A stretch of 63,772 nucleotides of DNA, filler included, from Lama guanicoe (taxonomy: Eukaryota): NCBI GenBank assembly GCA_013239625.1. It is 164 parts of 164 records of this genome, joined end to end, with 100 filler letters (N's around TTAATTAATTAA, not from the genome) between each part and the next. Parts side by side here need not be neighbours in the genome. Positions count along the whole stretch, not along the records: positions 12,058 to 12,346 come from PNXV01053431.1; positions 12,447 to 12,735 come from PNXV01053432.1; positions 12,836 to 13,124 come from PNXV01053433.1; positions 13,225 to 13,513 come from PNXV01053434.1; positions 13,614 to 13,902 come from PNXV01053435.1; positions 14,003 to 14,291 come from PNXV01053436.1; positions 14,392 to 14,680 come from PNXV01053437.1; positions 14,781 to 15,069 come from PNXV01053438.1; 156 more parts are not named here. The stretch is one strand, 5' to 3'. A program made the position numbers and the translations under genes. Position 1 is the stretch's first letter; each line of letters begins with the position of its first letter. Positions 11,958 to 24,405 of this stretch are shown one piece after another. The notes under the pieces were generated by a model, which ran no database searches, had not been told where the DNA came from, and saw only the letters and a program-made list of their open reading frames with translations.

Positions 11958-12835
11958 NNNNNNNNNNNNNNNNNNNNNNNNNNNNNNNNNNNNNNNNNNN
12001 NTTAATTAATTAANNNNNNNNNNNNNNNNNNNNNNNNNNNNNNNNNNNNNNNNNNNNATCTATCTTAGCTATGTTGTATGTAATCATCGTAACAGACAAC
12101 AAAATCCTCTAATTATTCACTGCTGAATAAACAGAGATGGATCTCCTCCAGATTCCTGAAGTCCACAGTCTATGACCTGTTGTGGTCCTAAAATACGCAG
12201 GTGATGTAGGTGGTGTAAATTTAGTGTAACTTGGAGTATTACATTCTCTAAAAGCACTATGCAACTGAGTAAGCTGCTTGAATTACTAGCAACATAATCA
12301 CTAATGAGACTTCCAATTCAAAACTATCGTAATTACCAAAAAAAACNNNNNNNNNNNNNNNNNNNNNNNNNNNNNNNNNNNNNNNNNNNNTTAATTAATT
12401 AANNNNNNNNNNNNNNNNNNNNNNNNNNNNNNNNNNNNNNNNNNNNCCTTTCCATAAGCACACGTGCCCCTGGCGCCAGGCTCCCGGGCAAACAGTTCTG
12501 CTCTGTGTCTCCCCAGATCTGACCTTGCTGCTCCCCATCGGGGCCGCTTCAGCTGCAACCAGGAGCCAGACAGGCTGTGGGTGGACTGCAGCACAACGCC
12601 ACCGCCTTCTACCTGACTCTCATGGAAACATCGCTCCTGATTCCAAACGATTAAAGCCCCCAAGAAACTCCTCCAAGCATCTCACTGGGGAGCCTGAAAC
12701 TGTCTGACATTTCATGTTCTGGTTAGTTTATAACTNNNNNNNNNNNNNNNNNNNNNNNNNNNNNNNNNNNNNNNNNNNNTTAATTAATTAANNNNNNNNN
12801 NNNNNNNNNNNNNNNNNNNNNNNNNNNNNNNNNNN

Positions 12836-13124
12836 GCAGTTTTCACAGTTATAATTATTTGGAGGTTACATCTCACAACATGTGAATATGGTGGTGTTTC
12901 CAACAGAAAAAAAACTTTGTGTTCCCGAGAATCTACGTGAAAGACGGCTTTCACACACAATTATCTCTCAGATCTTAGCATGTGCAGAGACGTTCGTTCA
13001 TTTAACACAAAGGGAACGAGTTGCAGATGAAACACTTTCTCTGTTTTCAAACTTTTTCCTAGTATGTGTTTGAAATTTCTGTATTTTTCACTGTAAAATC
13101 GATTTGGTTCTTCTACCTCCCAAC
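12836..13124 (-). repeat. Satellite family A monomer, reverse orientation
   Basis: AAACTTTGTGTTCCC...CGGCTTTCACACA...GAGACGTTCGTTCAT...AGGGAAC is the reverse complement of blocks in the 10891 and 54903 contigs. Confidence 0.85.
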
Positions 13125-14391
13125 NNNNNNNNNNNNNNNNNNNNNNNNNNNNNNNNNNNNNNNNNNNNTTAATTAATTAANNNNNNNNNNNNNNNNNNNN
13201 NNNNNNNNNNNNNNNNNNNNNNNNTCAGCAGGGACCCTGGGCCGAGGGCAGGTTTCAGCTGAGCCCCGCCCAGCCGCCTGCTCCCCCTGCTGCCTCGGGG
13301 ATGTTCACCCAGGTTGGGGGGTTCCCCCCAGCCCCTCAGTCCAGAGCAGCTGCTACAGGAGCTTCCGGCAGCGTTGCGTCTGCTCAGCCCCTGATGTCTT
13401 GTTTTACCAGCACACTGAGCACTGGAAGTGGGCTCTCTGCTGAAATGACCAGCTTGTTAACTAGCATCCCTGGTCTTAGAAACGCATTCTTGCTGGATGA
13501 GGGGACCCCCCCCNNNNNNNNNNNNNNNNNNNNNNNNNNNNNNNNNNNNNNNNNNNNTTAATTAATTAANNNNNNNNNNNNNNNNNNNNNNNNNNNNNNN
13601 NNNNNNNNNNNNNCTCTCTCTTTTCCACTCCCCTACAGATGTTTCCTGAAAACTCCTCCCAAATAAACTGTTGCACTTGAATCCTTGCCTGGAGTTTTGG
13701 GGGAAACCAGACTAAGACATTTAATCTCTCTCATGCCCTGCTTTCAAAGCCCAAGGGGTACAGGATGATTGACCCAACTCAAGCCATATGACCATTCTCA
13801 TCTAATCTTCTGTAATTAGGGGAATGGATCATGAAATAACACAGCTTCCTAGATTTCTGATGGAGAGGTTACTGGTGGGAGCAGTTTCCAGAGAAACGGT
13901 CCNNNNNNNNNNNNNNNNNNNNNNNNNNNNNNNNNNNNNNNNNNNNTTAATTAATTAANNNNNNNNNNNNNNNNNNNNNNNNNNNNNNNNNNNNNNNNNN
14001 NNAAGCGTTGTTATCTGAGAGCTTCCAGAGGAGAAGTGTGTTTCTCAAAGGGAGCAGCAGTGGTGGAAGACGTCGGGGCAGAGCGGACCCGGCGACCCAG
14101 CCGCCTGCTAAGACCCAGCTGCATCTAACACGCGATGTAAAGCTGTGCTCGCTGCCGAGGGATGCGCCAGGGAGAGGAAGAGGTTACCGTCCCCGGGAAA
14201 GTGCCCGGGAGGGAGCTATTATCTACTAGTATCGAGTCTTCAAGTCTTGGCCAGAAAAACATTTTAACAAGAAATCAAGAATCAACAAAAANNNNNNNNN
14301 NNNNNNNNNNNNNNNNNNNNNNNNNNNNNNNNNNNTTAATTAATTAANNNNNNNNNNNNNNNNNNNNNNNNNNNNNNNNNNNNNNNNNNNN

Positions 14392-14680
14392 AATAATTCT
14401 CAGTAAACTAAGAATAGAGGGAAATTTTCTCAACTTGATAAAGACTACCTACAAAACTAAAGCTAACAGCCGCAGTGGGAGAAACTTGAAGCTCTCTTAC
14501 TATGATCAGGTGGGAGGCAAGGTTATTCCTTCTTACAACTCTTTTTTAACATCAGACTAAAAATCCTTGCTAATGCAGTATAAGAAAAGGAAAGAGGTAC
14601 ACAGATTGAGAAGGAAGACTTAACAGTGTCTTTGTTTACACATGTTCTTTGTAGAAAATCTGAAATAATTGACAAAAAAA
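14392..14680 (+). mobile_element. Old L1 ORF2 (RT region) fragment
   Basis: AAACTAAGAATAGAGGGAAATTTTCTCAACTTGATAAAG...CTTGCTAATGCAGTA...CAGATTGAGAAGGAAGA. Confidence 0.8.
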
Positions 14681-14930
14681 NNNNNNNNNNNNNNNNNNNN
14701 NNNNNNNNNNNNNNNNNNNNNNNNTTAATTAATTAANNNNNNNNNNNNNNNNNNNNNNNNNNNNNNNNNNNNNNNNNNNNATCCAGGCCTTCTGGAAAGT
14801 TCCAAACCAACTGAGCCTCCAGGTGATGGCGGGCAATTTCCCCGCCAGCAACGGGTGGAGCCAAAAGAACCACTTAGCTGCGCTCAGGAAACCCACAGGA
14901 TTATGAGAAATGATAAATCGCTGTTGTTTA

Positions 14931-15069
14931 ATTTTTTAATTCTGTTTATTGAAGTATAGTCAGTTTACAATTGGTGTTAATTTCTGGTGCCCAGCATAAT
15001 GACTCAGTTTTATACGTGTGTATGTGTTCCTTTTCATATTCTTTTTCATTACAGATTACTGTAAGGTAT
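14931..15069 (-). mobile_element. L1 3' terminus in reverse orientation, next to an MLT1-like LTR piece (14781-14930)
   Basis: ATTGAAGTATAGTCAGTTTACAAT...TTCTGGTG is the reverse complement of the L1 end seen at 5660-5707. Confidence 0.8.
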
Positions 15070-17892
15070 NNNNNNNNNNNNNNNNNNNNNNNNNNNNNNN
15101 NNNNNNNNNNNNNTTAATTAATTAANNNNNNNNNNNNNNNNNNNNNNNNNNNNNNNNNNNNNNNNNNNNTGTGTGTGTGTAGAGAGAGAGAGATAAGTGT
15201 AGAACCATACCAAATCTTCCATTGACTGAAAAAAATCTGATTGCACAAGGCTTAGAGACTTGATATCTCATAACACATTTTATACGTCATAACACACTTA
15301 ATACCTTTCATGGTGCTGATGATCCGCCAGTGACTCTCCCACCGAGTCAGTTGACATGGTTGTGCTGGCTCACCATTGTAGTCCACAGGACCCACCCAGT
15401 GATGAATGAGACAAGGTGCCTACCCCAAGAATAGTAAGCAACAATCAGTTTTTTCCAANNNNNNNNNNNNNNNNNNNNNNNNNNNNNNNNNNNNNNNNNN
15501 NNTTAATTAATTAANNNNNNNNNNNNNNNNNNNNNNNNNNNNNNNNNNNNNNNNNNNNGCCCGTGGTGTGGTTGGGATGAACCACTTAAAAGTGGCCAAA
15601 AAGTGCAATAATAATTAGACCTGCAGGCTTTTCAAAAAGTGACTTTGAACCAAGAAAGGTCAACTGGAAGGTACAAAATCCCCAAAAATTAAAGCAAAGG
15701 AATGAAACGGACACATTGAGATGACTGTGGAAGAAAACGGTGGCCTGAGATTAGTCAAAACGTAGTAATGATGGAACGGGCTAGTTTTGAAAAATCACGA
15801 AAAATCTTTTGGGCTAACTCAATACATTACATTTTAAAACCATTTTTNNNNNNNNNNNNNNNNNNNNNNNNNNNNNNNNNNNNNNNNNNNNTTAATTAAT
15901 TAANNNNNNNNNNNNNNNNNNNNNNNNNNNNNNNNNNNNNNNNNNNNGGAAAGAAACAGCAGTTGGCTGATAAAGGACCGGCCATCTCAGGCTGACTGCG
16001 TTTAATCGTCAACACACAGATTGTTCCGGAAAATATGGTAGAGTCTTAGCCATGGATGAAAGATGGAGTCACGGCCGTCAGACAGATTTGCCGACCCAAG
16101 GAGAGCGCACAGCGGCCGCGCCCAGCGGGACCACCAGACCCGGCGTGCGCACTGCCTCCTACCCGTCTTCACCCAGAGCACGGCCTCGCCGGCGCCTGGG
16201 ACCGTCCCACCTTCGTGCCCCACATGCCCTCCCCGANNNNNNNNNNNNNNNNNNNNNNNNNNNNNNNNNNNNNNNNNNNNTTAATTAATTAANNNNNNNN
16301 NNNNNNNNNNNNNNNNNNNNNNNNNNNNNNNNNNNNGTTTCTTTGAACAAACATCAATTTAAATCAGGCAGCTCTAAACCAAATGCCATTAGAAGTTTTT
16401 CTAAAGACAGGAGCTAGGGCAGAGGTATTTATGGAGTAGATGTGGAGGCAAAACAAGGAAAATGTTTGATTGGCCATAGTTTAAGTGTCTGCAACATTAG
16501 GAAAACCTAGTTGGCTGTTTGTGATTGGCTGTTCTTAAGTTTCATTTTCTCAGATTCAAGTGAATTGGGCCTGCCGTTGGTTTTGGTTTGCTTACACAGG
16601 CTGCCAAGGTAAAAAAGATATCTAANNNNNNNNNNNNNNNNNNNNNNNNNNNNNNNNNNNNNNNNNNNNTTAATTAATTAANNNNNNNNNNNNNNNNNNN
16701 NNNNNNNNNNNNNNNNNNNNNNNNNTCTCTCATGGTCCAGTGAGTAAGGACTTAAAGTAAGGGTGCTATCTTTCCTTTTTGGATTTAAAGGCAGCTTCTG
16801 ATCATTTATCAGTATGAAGTCTGCTTAGAGTTCTGGAGTGAGAACTTTAAGGCTGTCCACACGGAGCCAGGAAGGATGCCGTGATCAGTCGGCGGTCCCT
16901 GCCGTGGGAGCGATCAGAGACCGACCAAGCGTATTCCTGCCCCATTTTTGCCATCCCACGTGGAGAGCCTGGCCTTTCTTTTCACTGTGGGCTGTTAGAA
17001 TGCTCCAGACTTTCNNNNNNNNNNNNNNNNNNNNNNNNNNNNNNNNNNNNNNNNNNNNTTAATTAATTAANNNNNNNNNNNNNNNNNNNNNNNNNNNNNN
17101 NNNNNNNNNNNNNNGAGTCAAGCAGGAAGAGGGTGTCCGAGGCCACGGTGCTCCCTGGGCCCTGCTGATTGAGCCCTGGCCGGGGTGTCAGACAGAGCTG
17201 GGTCCAGCGTGCCGCACACTGGAGTGACTGTCTGAGTCCTCTGTGCTAGGTCCTCATGGGTGAAATCATTGTGACCTCCCCTTCCCACCACTCAGGCGGG
17301 CTCTGTGTGGCCCACACAAGACAGCCAGGCTGGCAGAAGCTGGTATGGTGCCTGGGAGGTGCTCAGGACCCAACCAGGCCAAGCTGGAGCTCTTGTGAGA
17401 TGTNNNNNNNNNNNNNNNNNNNNNNNNNNNNNNNNNNNNNNNNNNNNTTAATTAATTAANNNNNNNNNNNNNNNNNNNNNNNNNNNNNNNNNNNNNNNNN
17501 NNNTGGCTAAATGCCCATGCTTTAACTTACTCACTGCACAGAGCAACTCTTTACTGCACCCCCTTCAACCTTGTCTCTTTCCTAATTCTTCCTTTATGTT
17601 TTAGCTCAGATTTTACCCCCTCCAGAAAGCCTTCACCAGCTCCTCCATTCTTGCTGGGTAAACCCACTTTGTACCCCCATAATTCCCTGTACAAATTTCA
17701 GCCTCTGCCCTCACTGCAATGTATCACAATCTGTTCATGGTCCTGTTGTGGAAAAATGTGTTACAGCTTGGTGTTACAGCTCAGTTGTGACANNNNNNNN
17801 NNNNNNNNNNNNNNNNNNNNNNNNNNNNNNNNNNNNTTAATTAATTAANNNNNNNNNNNNNNNNNNNNNNNNNNNNNNNNNNNNNNNNNNNN

Positions 17893-18181
17893 GTTGGTTG
17901 TTGCAAACTTCTTGTTGCAGGCATTCTTTGTTCTTGCAGCCATCCACGTGGGCCAGGTGATGGTGTCCCTGTAAATTTCCAACAAAAACAAAGTTTTTCT
18001 CTATTTTACAACTTGCTGTCTCCACATAAGTGCAGAAGGGCTAACATCCTTAAAGGTCAGAGCCCCAAGATAGGCTCTCCTGTCTATTTCAGGCTAAAGG
18101 CAACATTGTTGACAGCCTAGATAGCAGGGCACAGTGGTTAAAACTAAAGGAACAGATCCAACATAGATTCAGATTTGTTCT
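17893..18181. mobile_element. Probable ERV LTR fragment
   Basis: TTGCAAACTTCTTG...CTTTGTTCTTGCAGC...TCCCTGTAAAT...CCTTAAAGGTCAGAGCC resembles artiodactyl ERV1-type LTRs (from recall). Confidence 0.5.
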
Positions 18182-19219
18182 NNNNNNNNNNNNNNNNNNN
18201 NNNNNNNNNNNNNNNNNNNNNNNNNTTAATTAATTAANNNNNNNNNNNNNNNNNNNNNNNNNNNNNNNNNNNNNNNNNNNNTAGCAGAAAAAGTGACAGG
18301 TTTGGAGAGAAACTTAGCTGTTTCATTAGGGAGAAGCCTTTATTGTTGTGGTGGTTGTTGGCTGTTTTACACAATCAAGGTCATAGTAAAGTGAAGACAA
18401 AGCACAGAATATTGTTCTGATAAAATGCAAAATCTGTACAGATGACAAAGAATGACACACTATAGGCCAAGACAACACACAGCAAATGAGGAACACAACC
18501 CATTAAAGTTGAGGAAACTTTGCTAAGATTTTATCATACCTCACAGCTTTGCACACTCATTATTTGCACANNNNNNNNNNNNNNNNNNNNNNNNNNNNNN
18601 NNNNNNNNNNNNNNTTAATTAATTAANNNNNNNNNNNNNNNNNNNNNNNNNNNNNNNNNNNNNNNNNNNNAGGGCTCAGTTTCTCACCATGAAATGGAGC
18701 TAAATCATAGTTCACCTCAGAAGAATGATGCAGAGAAATGATGGAGACAACGGCAGGGAAAGTACAGCGCCCCACACAGGACGCGACTGGCAACCTTGGA
18801 AGAGCCCCTGGGTCCAGCACGAGGCGGCAAGTCCTGCAGGAGCCCGCCAACTCTCAGTCTAGAAAAGGGAGCTCTGAGAGCGGGCTGTTCCTTGTTTAAA
18901 AGCACCAGCACTAACAAGCAGTTCGTGGAAGAACCGTAACGGGATGACAGTGATCAGAGNNNNNNNNNNNNNNNNNNNNNNNNNNNNNNNNNNNNNNNNN
19001 NNNTTAATTAATTAANNNNNNNNNNNNNNNNNNNNNNNNNNNNNNNNNNNNNNNNNNNNAATATATTAAAGAAGTATTTATTAAATCTTCCTTTGTGGAA
19101 ATGAGGTTAACAAATTAATGTAAAGATAAGAGAAGGAGGAAAAAAGAAAACCTTAGTTTTATGCAAGAAACCATTGAAAAAATTACTTATAACTTTGAAA
19201 AAGAAACCACATATATGAA

Positions 19220-19348
19220 ACATTAAAATAACTGGTTCCATTTGTATGGAACCATAAAAGGCCCTGAATGGCCAAAGCAATCTTAAGAAGAACAAAGCTG
19301 GAGGTCTCACACTCCCTAACTTCCAACTAGCCTACAAATCTGTAGTAA
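19220..19348 (+). mobile_element. L1 ORF2 fragment
   Basis: GCCAAAGCAATCTTAAGAAGAACAAAGCTGGAGG (AKAIL..KNKAGG motif). Confidence 0.85.
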
Positions 19349-20226
19349 NNNNNNNNNNNNNNNNNNNNNNNNNNNNNNNNNNNNNNNNNNNNTTAATTAA
19401 TTAANNNNNNNNNNNNNNNNNNNNNNNNNNNNNNNNNNNNNNNNNNNNTTAAGCATTCTATAATAACATGTATCTTTATTTAGAATATCCCATCCCAGCA
19501 CTGAATCTTACGGTTTTTTTTTACACTGCTTGTAATTATCTTAGCTTTGTCTGGACTGTAATTAAATGCGCCAAAGTTGAATGTAGCGTTAGTGCGTAAC
19601 GGTAGTCCTTTTATACATGCATTACTTAGAATGTGTCTGAATCAGTTCAAGGAGTTATATAGAAGGTCTGTCACAGTAGAATCCAAACCTCTGTTAAGTG
19701 CTTTTTAAATTTTTAAACATGAAGACGAAGTATGAGANNNNNNNNNNNNNNNNNNNNNNNNNNNNNNNNNNNNNNNNNNNNTTAATTAATTAANNNNNNN
19801 NNNNNNNNNNNNNNNNNNNNNNNNNNNNNNNNNNNNNAACTTATGAACTGTTTATTTCTGGAATTTCCCATTTAATATTTTTGGACTTTGGTTGACTGGT
19901 AGCTAAAAGTATGGAAGGAAAAACAAAAAATAAGGAGGAATTGCTGTAAATTTTTACGTAGTAATAGATAACTAATATAAACAGTAAAGGTAGAAAGTGA
20001 ACCTGAGATATTTTGCTCTGAAAGAAAGCACTAAAAAAATGATACCATGTCAAAATGACAAGAAGTTAGCCTGAAGAGGCTATCAGTCAAAATTAAGAAA
20101 ATATGTACTTTTAAAACTTTTATTTTNNNNNNNNNNNNNNNNNNNNNNNNNNNNNNNNNNNNNNNNNNNNTTAATTAATTAANNNNNNNNNNNNNNNNNN
20201 NNNNNNNNNNNNNNNNNNNNNNNNNN

Positions 20227-20515
20227 ATTAGATTAAAGTGCACAGCATAATGTTTTGAACATATATATATATATATATAGAATGATTACTCTGATAAGTT
20301 GTTAGCATACAGCATCTCATATAGGTAAAATACAAAGAAAAAGCAAAAAAAAAGAAGGAAAAATTTCCTTGGGGAAAGGACTCAGGATTTATTCTTTTAA
20401 CAATTTTTATATAGATCATATGGTAGTGTTAACTACAGATGTCATGTATATATTACTTCCCTAGTACTTATAACTGGAAATTTGTACCTTTAGACCACCT
20501 TCATGCAATCTCTCC
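20227..20515 (-). mobile_element. L1 3' UTR fragment
   Basis: TAACTGGAAATTTGTACCTTTAGACCACCTTC and adjacent blocks are typical of reverse-strand L1MA-type 3' ends. Confidence 0.65.
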
Positions 20516-21004
20516 NNNNNNNNNNNNNNNNNNNNNNNNNNNNNNNNNNNNNNNNNNNNTTAATTAATTAANNNNNNNNNNNNNNNNNNNNNNNNNNNNN
20601 NNNNNNNNNNNNNNNGTTCTGGGATTAACAATTCCAACCTCTCTAAGTAAGAAAATGTGTTTTGTGCTTTACTCATAGTAGGCCCCCAGAAAATGTTGTA
20701 GAAATAGGCACTCTATGCTGCCATCCCCTTCCCCAGTTCAAAATATAATAGTAAAAATGATGTGCTGCACAAAGGAAAAGGACCTAGTACTCGCTAGCAG
20801 ACAATAAAGCTTACACTTTTCATTAGTAATATACATTCTAATGCACCAGGTTAGCAGTTCAGCTTGGATAAATATAGAGCAGACACTGCAAGGCTTTTTT
20901 TTTTNNNNNNNNNNNNNNNNNNNNNNNNNNNNNNNNNNNNNNNNNNNNTTAATTAATTAANNNNNNNNNNNNNNNNNNNNNNNNNNNNNNNNNNNNNNNN
21001 NNNN

Positions 21005-21081
21005 GTGGGAATGTAATTTGGTGCAGCCACTATGGAGACCAGTATGGAAGTTCCTTAAAAAACTAAAAACAGAGTTACCAT
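21005..21081 (+). mobile_element. L1 ORF2 C-terminal fragment
   Basis: GTGGGAATGTAATTTGGTGCAGCCACTATGGA...AAAAACTAAAAACAGAGTTACCA. Confidence 0.85.
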
Positions 21082-21399
21082 GAGTCCAAACATTTACATT
21101 TTGTGTTTGATTTCCAGAAATATATGCTGTATGGTTAAAATAAATGGCCTATCTTTCAAATTTCAAAGCCCTATCTTTTAGGGCTTTGATAGGAGCCCTT
21201 GAATACTCAGACCATGACTTGAGCTGAGAGTTAACAAATCAAAGTTTGTCATTTTCTCTTCATAACTGCTTAAGGAGACACAAAAGACTCCATNNNNNNN
21301 NNNNNNNNNNNNNNNNNNNNNNNNNNNNNNNNNNNNNTTAATTAATTAANNNNNNNNNNNNNNNNNNNNNNNNNNNNNNNNNNNNNNNNNNNNTCCTAA

Positions 21400-21565
21400 A
21401 TCCTTGCTACTGAAAGTGTGGCCTGTGGGCCAGCAGCATAAGCGTCACCTAAGAGATTAGAAGTGCAGACTCCCTGGCCCTACCCCAGACTTACCCAATC
21501 AGAATTGGCATTTTAACAAGATTCCAGCTGACTTATATGCCCATGAAAGGAACATCGCTCTAGAA
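21400..21565. mobile_element. MER5-family (hAT-Charlie) MITE
   Basis: AAAGTGTGG...CAGCAGCAT...TTAGAAGTGCAGA...CCCCAGAC...AATCAGAA...GCATTTTAACAAGAT. Confidence 0.75.
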
Positions 21566-21782
21566 CACCTCTGAATGAGTAGAAAACATCCCTTCGGATC
21601 CTCACCTGTTTTAATTTATACCACTTTTCGACCCTCCCAGGTAGCTCTGGACACAGAGAAATAGGTGATGTTTGCCTTTTCCNNNNNNNNNNNNNNNNNN
21701 NNNNNNNNNNNNNNNNNNNNNNNNNNTTAATTAATTAANNNNNNNNNNNNNNNNNNNNNNNNNNNNNNNNNNNNNNNNNNNN

Positions 21783-22071
21783 GCTCTGAAACCTGTAGGG
21801 AAGACTCCTTCCTTGCCTCTTCCAGCCTCTGGTGGTTTGCCGACTCCTTGGGTGTTCTTAGGTTGCAGCACCAGCACTTCGATCTCTGCCTCCAAGAGGT
21901 TGCCTCCCCGCTTCCATGTGACTGCACTGTAGGTGACCTTTTCCTGTCATCTCTCTGTATATCTGTTTCTTCTCTTCTTATAAGGACGTCCACCATGTTG
22001 GATTAGGGTCCAACCTAATGGAGTATGACATTGTCTCAATGATTGCATTTGCAAAGAATCTACTTCCCATT
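21783..22071 (-). mobile_element. MLT1 (ERVL-MaLR) LTR fragment
   Basis: TCCTTGCCTCTTCCAGCCTCTGGTGG...TCTTATAAGGAC...TTGGATTAGGG...TGCAAAGA. Confidence 0.8.
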
Positions 22072-22354
22072 NNNNNNNNNNNNNNNNNNNNNNNNNNNNN
22101 NNNNNNNNNNNNNNNTTAATTAATTAANNNNNNNNNNNNNNNNNNNNNNNNNNNNNNNNNNNNNNNNNNNNTGAGGACACTGAAGTCGGCTCTGTCAGCC
22201 CCCAGAGTCCCTTCTGCTTCCGTAGGCAACGGAATGTGTAAGCTCGGACCGAATACTGAGCAACCACAGCCGTTCCTCACCCCGCGCTGACGGTGGACCG
22301 GGCGCCATTGCAAGCGCCTGACGTGCAGCAAACCTCCACAAGCAAACCACAAGC

Positions 22355-22460
22355 CAGTGCTGTTATCAGTCCTCACCGGACAGGTGAGGAAACCGAGGCA
22401 CAGAGAGGTTCAGGAACCCGCTCTAGACCACACAGGCGGTAAGCAGATCGAGCCAGATTC
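22355..22460 (-). mobile_element. MIR SINE core
   Basis: CAGGTGAGGAAACCGAGGCACAGAGAGGTT. Similar MIR cores at 58485-58530 and 61775-61815. Confidence 0.7.
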
Positions 22461-22949
22461 NNNNNNNNNNNNNNNNNNNNNNNNNNNNNNNNNNNNNNNN
22501 NNNNTTAATTAATTAANNNNNNNNNNNNNNNNNNNNNNNNNNNNNNNNNNNNNNNNNNNNAGCCACTTTGGGCCATCAGGTTGATGGGCTGAAGATAACA
22601 GGCATCTGGCTCTCTGACCCTGCGGCCATTATGCAAACCGGCCCTGGGGTACCGATTGATTGACTTCTGTATGTAAGAGGGAAATACAATTTGAGCATGT
22701 TTAAGCCACTGCTGTTGTCTGGGGAACTAGGTGTCGTACATTGCCATGGTAAGTCCTAATGATAAAGTTAAAGATTCACCAAAAAGTATTTACCAAATAC
22801 TTAATAAATGATAAAGAGATCTTGACTTTTGTTTTAATGTTAAGAAATGNNNNNNNNNNNNNNNNNNNNNNNNNNNNNNNNNNNNNNNNNNNNTTAATTA
22901 ATTAANNNNNNNNNNNNNNNNNNNNNNNNNNNNNNNNNNNNNNNNNNNN

Positions 22950-23238
22950 TGAGCTCTTTTGCAGAATTTAAACCCCCCTCCAGCACTCAAACACCAGAGC
23001 AGCTAGAGCTTGCGGGATGATGGTTCTGACCTTTGCTGACTCTCAGGACTGACTCCAACTAAAGCTCGGATTCTGTCGACCTTTGCCCCAGCTCCATGCT
23101 GAACTCTCCTCTGCCCAAGCCCCTTCACGAATACGCATGTGTCCTTAGTTAAAACTTACCCAGTTTTGCTGTTTGGGAGATAATGCTTCGGAAGGTATCG
23201 CCGGTGTTCTTACTTGCTGCAAGTAATAAATCCTTCCT
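22950..23238 (+). mobile_element. Probable ERV LTR (U3/R region)
   Basis: TTTGCTGTTTGGGAGA...TTACTTGCTGCAAGTAATAAATCC is a typical LTR polyA-signal region. Confidence 0.55.
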
Positions 23239-23727
23239 NNNNNNNNNNNNNNNNNNNNNNNNNNNNNNNNNNNNNNNNNNNNTTAATTAATTAANNNNNN
23301 NNNNNNNNNNNNNNNNNNNNNNNNNNNNNNNNNNNNNNTTTTTTTTTTAATTAAATGCACGTAGAATCCAAAATGCCACGGCTGGGGAGAGGGTGGGCCA
23401 TCCCTGAGGGATGAATCTGATTCCTCTTCAACTGTCTGCTCTGCCGAGACTGTGACTTTTTTTCTGGTTGGACCCTGAGCATCACATTCTCCCTGTCGGA
23501 GCTTCCTGAATTTTTCATGCCCCAAGCCAGCTTGCAGGCTTCATTCCACAACAATCTTGGGTTGGTCTGGACTTCTTTCTGCAATGACAATATTTTTGAC
23601 CTTGTTTCTTTTTCCTCTTTCTGCTCCNNNNNNNNNNNNNNNNNNNNNNNNNNNNNNNNNNNNNNNNNNNNTTAATTAATTAANNNNNNNNNNNNNNNNN
23701 NNNNNNNNNNNNNNNNNNNNNNNNNNN

Positions 23728-24016
23728 GCCTGCGGCCCAGGCCGCGCCCATGCTGCCTGGAGGGGAGGCGCCCAGCCGCGGGGGTCGGGCCGCGCTGCGT
23801 CTGTGGAGGCGCCTGCCCTCTAGGCCCCCGGCCGTGACGGCTCGGCTGGAAGGACTGTGAGCAGACGCCCAGCCCCTCCATTCTGGGTCGTTCCAGCTGA
23901 TCCTCTCACGGGGACAACAGGGACTGAGGGAGCTAACTGCAGTGAAGACCAAGTGGTGGGGTGCTATAGGACTAGTTCTGGGGGCCGCCGGGTGCGGCGG
24001 CGCAGCCGGGAGGGGC
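23728..24016. promoter_or_regulatory. CpG-island fragment
   Basis: High GC with dense CpG (GCGGCCC, GCCGCG, GCGGCGGCGC). Confidence 0.5.
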
Positions 24017-24274
24017 NNNNNNNNNNNNNNNNNNNNNNNNNNNNNNNNNNNNNNNNNNNNTTAATTAATTAANNNNNNNNNNNNNNNNNNNNNNNNNNNN
24101 NNNNNNNNNNNNNNNNCCATTGGACCCTGAATTTCCATTCATTTTTATTTTGCTTCCTATATTATGCATGTTTGCTGAAAGGGTAGTATTGCTATCCCTA
24201 CTTCTCCTATTCCAGCTCCTCTTCCCTCTACTGTGCCTTGATCACGCTACTGACTGCTCTCCCTAAGGCCGTGT

Positions 24275-24405
24275 CTAATAGACGTTTTTCAAGACTATTT
24301 TACTGGACTTCTCTGTTGCATATACTCCTTTTTAAAAACTCTACACCCTTCGGTACCATTGAAATTTTACTTTCTTGGGTCCTAATCTACTTCTCAGACT
24401 ATTTC
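24275..24405 (+). mobile_element. Decayed L2 RT-region fragment
   Basis: TTTTACTGGACTTCTCTGTTGCAT...CTTTTTAAAAACTCT...TTCTTGG...TACTTCTCAG resembles the L2 'LLDLSAAFD' region. Confidence 0.5.
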
